From Octopus vulgaris (lineage: Eukaryota), in NCBI GenBank assembly GCA_951406725.2, contig OX597840.1:1178001-1242000 (forward strand): DNA of 64,000 nt, read 5' to 3'. Numbering within the stretch: position 1 is the first letter of the stretch; each line of letters begins with the position of its first letter. Both the position numbers and the translations under genes were made by a program. The notes below the pieces were generated by a model that was not told where the DNA came from, did not search any database, and saw nothing but the letters and a program-made list of their open reading frames with translations. Shown here piece by piece: positions 56,233 to 64,000 of the stretch.

Positions 56233-56404
56233 AAAATAATATCATTGTTTGACTATTGAAATTGAAGAACATTTCTCTTCTCGAGTTGCAGTACTTAATG
56301 TTTCCAGACTCTGCACTGCAAACACAGTTATATTTTAATATTTGACCGCATGTGTATCGTTGACAATTTTCTTTCTCCGTCTTTCCTTCTTTGAACTTTT
56401 TCTA

Positions 56405-56440
56405 AATTACTGATGAAGAGCTCCGCTCGAAACGTGAATT
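56405..56440 (+). ncRNA. Hammerhead motif with intact core but non-canonical cleavage site
   Basis: AATTA-CTGATGA-A-GAGC TCC GCTC-GAAA-CG-TG-AATT. Confidence 0.55.
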
Positions 56441-56540
56441 CCTCTTTCTTTCCAGAGCGTCCAATAACATGGTACTTTTTCCACAACATCGTCTTGTTGT
56501 TTTTTCTTGCTTGTTCATGTTTGGACTGACTATATATATA

Positions 56541-56588
<48 letters not shown>

Positions 56589-56686
56589 TAGATAGATATA
56601 ACGTTCGTATATGTAAGTATTCGTATGTTGTATTTATATATATATATATTATATATATATATGTATTTATGTTTCTTTCTGTGTAT

Positions 56687-56745
56687 ATTCCACTGACGAG
56701 GCAAAGCATTCCTAAATGCAAAGTCAGAAATCCGGGATCTGTAAT
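56687..56745 (+). ncRNA. Hammerhead ribozyme motif
   Basis: ATTCCA-CTGACGA-GGC..GCATT CCT AAATGC..GTC-A-GAAA-TCC G GGA-TC-TGTAAT. AUC triplet. Confidence 0.62.
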
Positions 56746-57093
56746 TTTTTTACTAGTTTCATCTTATCTCTTTCTCTTCTCTCCGTGCTGCTATATGGAC
56801 ACTTAAGGTGGTTTTAGAGTCAGATCATGGCTGCTATTTTCAGCATTGTGGTATCTCACAGATGCCCTAATTCATAATTTTATATATATATATTCTTTTA
56901 CTCTTTTATTTGTTCCAGTCATTTGACTGCGGCCATACTGGAGCACCGACTTTAGTCGAGCACATCGACCCCAGGACTTATTCTTTGTAAGCCTAATACT
57001 TATACTATCGGTCTCTCTTGCCGAACCGCTAAGTTAATGGGGACTTAAACACACCATCATCGGTTGTCAAGCGATGTTGGGGGACAAACACAA

Positions 57094-57126
<33 letters not shown>

Positions 57127-57135
57127 TACACACAC

Positions 57136-57208
<73 letters not shown>

Positions 57209-58297
57209 AGTTCTGGGCTGAAAATAGAACTGCTGTGATCTATTCGTTCGACTAAACCGTCCAAGGCGTTGCTACAGCATGGCCGATATCTAAATCCTGA
57301 AACCAGGTTGAAGATGTAGAAAAATATACGATGTATAACTTCGTGGAAACGTAGCCATGTGCTTGCTCAGAGAAGAAAGATCTACGGCAATAATATTAGC
57401 AAATGCCTCGTAGTTTGTTCGAAGGCGATGGTTCTGCTACATTCTGTGTGCGAATTAAAATAACGTTTGCACAAAGAAACACAGATAAGAGTCTTTAAAT
57501 AAACACTTATTCAGAAATAGTTAAAGAAAGGAAGAAGCAGACAGATAAAACAGTTACATAACATTAAGATGGATTATTTGCAGACACGTTCGACGCATGC
57601 GCAACAAAATCTTAAGTGCCAGCGAGGAAGAGGTAAATGAGATTTACAGATACCGTCAATGAAAGAAGCATATATGTCCTGCGGGCTTTATCCTTGCATT
57701 AGTTTCTCACACCTCAAACCATTCATAGCGGGAAAGCCAGATTTAGTGATACAGAGATGGATAGTAATATGAATATTTATGAGGCTCATTAATATTTATT
57801 AGGAGCATAAATAATTATGAGATACGTAAATATCTAAGTCGTACGTTATGTATTCAATTTGATAGACTTATGTTACTCCTGACATAATACGGCAGATATT
57901 GAGATCTTTCATTAAGTATTGCTTGAGGTGTACAGGAATACTCATGTGGCATGATGTGATTTGCTAGAGATAGACGCTAAGTCACCTCTTATCAACTGTT
58001 ACAGGATTAAACAGAGGAGTATATGGAATTCTAGTGGCATTATTTCTTGAGGCAAAATGATCAAAGATAAAATATTGTTACTGTAACTCTCTATAAACAC
58101 AACAGGGCAAACTTGGGGCGTTAATTTCACAAGACAATGACAAAATAACAAGAACGACAACGACGAGGAAAACAATAACAATAACAACAATAATAATGAT
58201 AATAATAATAATAATAACAACAACATCAATGGTAATAGTAATAATAATAATAATAAAAATAATAATAATAATAAAAATAAAAATAATAATAATGATG

Positions 58298-58352
<55 letters not shown>

Positions 58353-58629
58353 TAATGATGATAATAATAATAATAGAAAACACTCGGCGAGAAACGGAAG
58401 AAAATTTGAAGAAAGGAGAAAACATAATAATAATAATAATTGTAATAATAATAATAATTGTAATAATAATAATAATAGTAATAATAATTGTAATTATAAT
58501 AATAATAATAATAGTAATAATAATTGTAATAATAATACTAATAATAACAATGTGCCTTGAGTAACGCTGCGATGGACTGGCGTCCCACCCAGCTGGGGAG
58601 GGAACACATACGCCATAGAAACCGGAAAC

Positions 58630-59090
58630 AAATTAAGTACCAGTTACGCACTGGGGTCGATGTAATCGACTTCATCCGTTTGTCTGTCCTTGTTTGTCTT
58701 CTCTGTGTGTAACCCCTTGTGGGTAGTAAAGAAATAGGTATTTCGTCTGCCGTTAAGTTCTGAATTCAAATTACGCCAGTGTCTACTTTGCTTTTCATCT
58801 TTTCGTTGTCGATAAATTAAGTACCGGTTACGCACTGGGGTCGATGTAATCGACTTAATCCGTTTCACTGACCTTGTTTGTCCCCTCTATGTTTAGCCCC
58901 TTGTGGGCAGTAAAAAATAAGAATCGTTAGTACGCCGGGTGAAATGTTTAGTGGTGTTTCCTCTATCATTATGTCCAAATTCCACTGTGTTCGACTTCAC
59001 CTATCATCCTTTCGAGGTAGATAAATTAAGTACCAGTTGCGTAATGGGTTCGATCTAATCGACTGACCTTGTGCCTAGAGTAGAAAATGA
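58630..59090 (+). mobile_element. Tandem SINE family B bodies
   Basis: AATTAAGTACCAGTTACGCACTGGGGTCGATGTAATCGAC-type module occurs three times. Confidence 0.85.
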
Positions 59091-59727
59091 TATATATTCT
59101 ATCGGCTTGGAAAGTATGAAATGCAACGTCGATCACGATGGAATTCGAACTCGGGATGTAAAGCCAGATGAAATGCCGCTATCCCTAATATATCATGGAG
59201 GCAAGCAATACTTATACAGATGAATTTACTAGGTGGAAACTGTGAGGAATCCCACTGACCATATATGGCTACTTGTATATGTACATATAATTATGTATGT
59301 ATTTGTGTATGTTTTTTTGTGTGTTTGTGTGTTCACCTACACCACTTGAAATCCCTGTTAGTATATTTACGTCCATGGAATGTAGTGGTACGACAAAAAA
59401 TATCGATAGAGTAAGTACTTGGCTTGCAGACTTAGAAACTTAGTAAAATTCGTTCGATTAATGAATGGCTGAAGTGTAATGACCGAAAGAGCTATTAGGT
59501 AAACGATAAATATACATAACCACATGCACATATATGTATGTATGTGTGTGTGCATGTATATATATGTGTGTATATAAATATATATATATATACGTATATA
59601 CATATATTTATATGTATATACGTATATATACATGTATATATATATATATATGTATGTATATGTATGTATATACATTCAAACACATACACATATATTTTAC
59701 GTGCAAACATATGTATATATATACATT

Positions 59728-59765
<38 letters not shown>

Positions 59766-59849
59766 TAAATATATATACATATATATACATATATATAAAT
59801 GTATAGATATATATATATGGGTATGTCTATATATATGTATAGATATTTA

Positions 59850-59884
<35 letters not shown>

Positions 59885-59926
59885 AAATGTATATATATAC
59901 ATATACATGTATATATATATGCATGC

Positions 59927-59967
<41 letters not shown>

Positions 59968-60426
59968 TACATTCGTAAACTTATACATCTATTGTTCTAA
60001 CAAATCAGTTTGTTCGCAGTCGCGAAAGAAGTCTACTAAACCATATATTTTTGAAAGTTATTCTCTTTTATTTCTCCCCCCACTTCCCCTACAGCGAAAT
60101 TCAAAATGTCTTATATTTCTTCCTCTCCTCGAATATTTATAAAGAAATATATAAATTATGTATTCGGAAACATATAAATTATATTAAAATACCGCAATTA
60201 TGAAGACTTAACATTAGATGTTGGTTATTTAGTAAAAAAAAAATATATATAAAAAGTGACAAAGAGAAGGAACATGAAATAAAATATTTTTTTCAAAAAA
60301 GTAGCAAATATGTAACTTATTTCCTTCTTTTCTCGACTTAAATGAAAGAAGTCTTGTCGCTACCAGACAGACTCACATATAAGTCTGTAAGAATATATAT
60401 ATATGTGTGTGTGTGTGTCTGTGTGT

Positions 60427-60499
<73 letters not shown>

Positions 60500-60565
60500 T
60501 AGATAGATTTATAGATATATGTATATATATATATGTATATAAATATATATATGTATATATGTATA

Positions 60566-60607
<42 letters not shown>

Positions 60608-60862
60608 ATATATGTATATATATATATATAAATATATATATGTATATATATGTATGACTATAGATATGTATATATCTATATATATATATGAATATATATG
60701 TATATATATATATATATGTATGTATATATATATATACATATATATACATATTATCTATTTATCTATATATATATACATATATATATAGATATATACGTGC
60801 ATAAATGCATACATATATATATATGTATGCGTCTATGCACGCATATACACATCTCTCTCTCA

Positions 60863-60917
<55 letters not shown>

Positions 60918-61041
60918 CATATATAAACTAATTGAATATACGTTCATAAGTATTTCTGGTTAGCACTATACTGTCTGGCAAGTATTAATATCTAAAACCA
61001 GTTCATAATTCTTGAAAAACATAACAGTAGACTACTTATAT

Positions 61042-61106
<65 letters not shown>

Positions 61107-61577
61107 TGCATGCATGTATGTATGTATGTATGTATGTATGTATGTATATGGAACTGTGTGCAGCACACGTATGACATGTGACTGTCGGATTTGACTGCAT
61201 GCATGTACATACACTTATATCTGTGTACAGAGATAAATGTTTTTGAATATACACACACAAGCATAACATTGGAGACAAAAGAAATGTACAAACACATACG
61301 CACAGAAGCACTCTCACACACATACCAGCAAATATTTATACACACAAGTCCATACAGTGACACACAAATACACCTCTATGAATGGCAAACACAGAGACAT
61401 GAGTTGCACACACATCTATGCTTGCAACGCATAGACACATGCAAACTTTCTGCGTACGAGTCGGGGTTGCGCGCGACGTGTCGTATTTTATAATTTCGCT
61501 TGTCAACCTGTCATTGGTTTCCTATAATACGAAGATAATAGAAAAATCTATACTGTCTCGTGCTCGGCATATATACA

Positions 61578-61662
<85 letters not shown>

Positions 61663-61734
61663 TTATATATATATATTCCCAGCTACAACGGAAATATACG
61701 TGTATTAATATATCCACCTCTCTTTCACCCTCAC

Positions 61735-61804
<70 letters not shown>

Positions 61805-61950
61805 TAGATAGATATATTTATGTATATGTATCTCATATATATCTATATATGTATGTATGTGTGTGTATATATATATATTCATATCATATATATCCATATA
61901 TATATATATATATATGTGTATATACATGTATATATGTATATATATATATG

Positions 61951-61993
<43 letters not shown>

Positions 61994-62243
61994 GTGCGTG
62001 TGTCTGTGCGTATGCTGGTATTAGAGCTCAATACGTATTGCAGACATTATATAATATTCAGTATATAATATTCTAAGATGACATCATATATATATATGTG
62101 GGTGAATACTTCTGCGATATATGTAGATATGTATGCCATGCCATGTGCCCGAAAATCTTGACATGGTTAAAGGGGTGCTACAGTGAGGCATAATATATCT
62201 TGAGATTTTCAAATCAACTCAAAACCTATGATCGCCAGCACAA

Positions 62244-62629
62244 TGGAAGCACTCCGCCGGTTACGACGCTGAGGGTTCCGGTTGATCCGAATCAACGGAA
62301 CAGCCTGCTCGTGAAATTAACGTGTAAGTGGCTGAGCACTGCACAGACACGTGCACCCTTAATGTAGTTCTCGGGGATATTCAGCGTCACACAGAGAGTG
62401 ACACGGCTGGCCCTTTGAAATACAGGTACAACAGAAACAGGAAGTAAGAGTGAGAGAAAGTTGTGGTGAAAGAGTACAGCAGGGATCACCACCATCCCCT
62501 GCCGGAGCCTCGTGGAGCTTTGAGGTGTTTTCGCTCAATAAACACTCACAACGCCCGGTCTGGGAATCGAAACCGCGATCCTATGACCGCGAGTCCGCTG
62601 CCATAACCACTGGGCCATTGCGCCTCCAC
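62244..62629 (-). mobile_element. SINE family C, full length, with 14-bp TSD
   Basis: GATCGCCAGCACAA at 62230-62243 and 62630-62643. A box TGGCCCAGTGG, B box GGTTTCGATTCC. Confidence 0.95.
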
Positions 62630-63374
62630 GATCGCCAGCACAAATTATTGGACGACATATGTACGCATATGTGTTTACATATGTATGACATATGTGTTTA
62701 CGTGGAATTTTTTGTATAATATATAAATACATAAATGGAGTTTAACTCAGGTATAACGTGGAAATACATTATCGACCATATATAGCTAGTGCGTGCACCT
62801 TGCTTTTTTGCCGCTAGGCTGTCAACAAGCAGTAGGAATGACTCTCTCAAACTGTCGATTGTTACAATACAATAAAGGCATGTGCAGGCGAAACAACTCA
62901 CTCCAAGTTCCATTCAGAAGCGATGGACATCGATATTTCACTACATGCGTGTCTGAACTGCATTAGAGACGAATTGAATCGTCAATCTATGACTGTCCAC
63001 AAATATTGTACACACCATATGCTGGTATGCCTCGACGATGCGTAAGTAGGAATATATTAAAATACGAATTCGAAGCAACGCTAGTTTTGTAAACATTATC
63101 GATGACAGATAATCATTTGAGGCATGCAGTTTCTCCTGTCCACGCCTTTCAGTTGTTTTAACACCCGGCTCTTTAAAGAGTACGCCACACCTTGGTACAT
63201 GCAACCTACCGTTAAGAAATCTTCTTCTGTGCACTGAGTATGCATGGCCGATAATGTTTATAACACTAGCGCTGTTTCTAATTCATAGAATTCTCTCTCA
63301 CACTCTATATAGGCATACGAACATACATATTTATATACGACCTTTCATCGTTACTTCAAAAGCACCAAACACTT

Positions 63375-63773
63375 ACTCTTTTCTCTCTTTCTTGTTTCAG
63401 TCATTTGACTGCGGCCATGCTGGAGTACCACCTTTAGTCGAATCAAATCGACCCCAGCACTTATTCTTTGTAAGCCTAGTACTTATTCTATAGGCCTCTT
63501 TTGTCGAACCACTAAATTACGGGGACGCAAACACACCAGCATCGGTTGTCAAGCGATGTTGGGGGGACAAACACAGACACACAACATACACACACACATA
63601 TATATATACGACGGGCTTCTTTCTGTTTCCGTCTACCAAATCCACTCAGAAGGCTTTGGTCGGCCCGGGGCTATAGTAGAAGACACTTGCCCAAGGTGTC
63701 ACGCAGTGGGAATGATCCCGGAACCATGTGGTTGGTAAGCAAGCTACTTACCACACAGCCACTCCTGCGCCTA
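63375..63773 (-). mobile_element. SINE family A, full length
   Basis: Head, core and tail as in the other copies. Confidence 0.92.
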
Positions 63774-64000
63774 TTCGCACAGCTAAGACAACATAGCAAA
63801 AATGCCATCAATTCTCAAATAATTATATTTTCTGAAGTCTAGCAATACTGACGCAATCATATAGTTTCATTTCATGCAATTCTTTTCAAGATCTCACCAC
63901 ATTGGAAGAGATACGTTGATGAATATTTCTTAAAACATGTAAGCCCTTACGAAGCAGTTCTATAATCAAAGCAATATACTCTTTACTCTTACTCTTTTAC

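Overview
AT-rich, microsatellite-saturated eukaryotic DNA with no host protein-coding gene I can recognise. Most of the long ORFs in the track are translations of (TA)n, (CA)n, (TAA)n, (GAT)n, (CAC)n and (TATC)n repeats. The repeat content (four tRNA-derived SINE families, Penelope-like elements, R4/Dong, RTE-BovB, Helitron, Tc1) suggests an octopus/cephalopod intron or intergenic region; this is an inference, not a search result. Recognisable coding relics: a Tc1-type DD36E transposon with TIRs (267-1506), a 5'-truncated R4/Dong LINE with RT and restriction-like endonuclease inserted in (TAA)n (8281-10144), two Tx1/L1-like ORF1 (CCHC knuckle) elements, Penelope RT and GIY-YIG fragments, RTE 3' ends and a Helitron PIF1 C-terminus. 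Most notable: (1) about eleven minimal type I hammerhead ribozyme motifs with (near-)palindromic stem III, several inside short non-coding fold-back elements; (2) a 2.2-kb ORF1-only retroelement with no ORF2, inserted with a target-site duplication inside a SINE tRNA head, plus a diverged relative joined at the same SINE position; (3) a ~560-bp non-coding element whose preserved ends abut (TAA)n. Boundaries were read by eye and may be off by a few bases.
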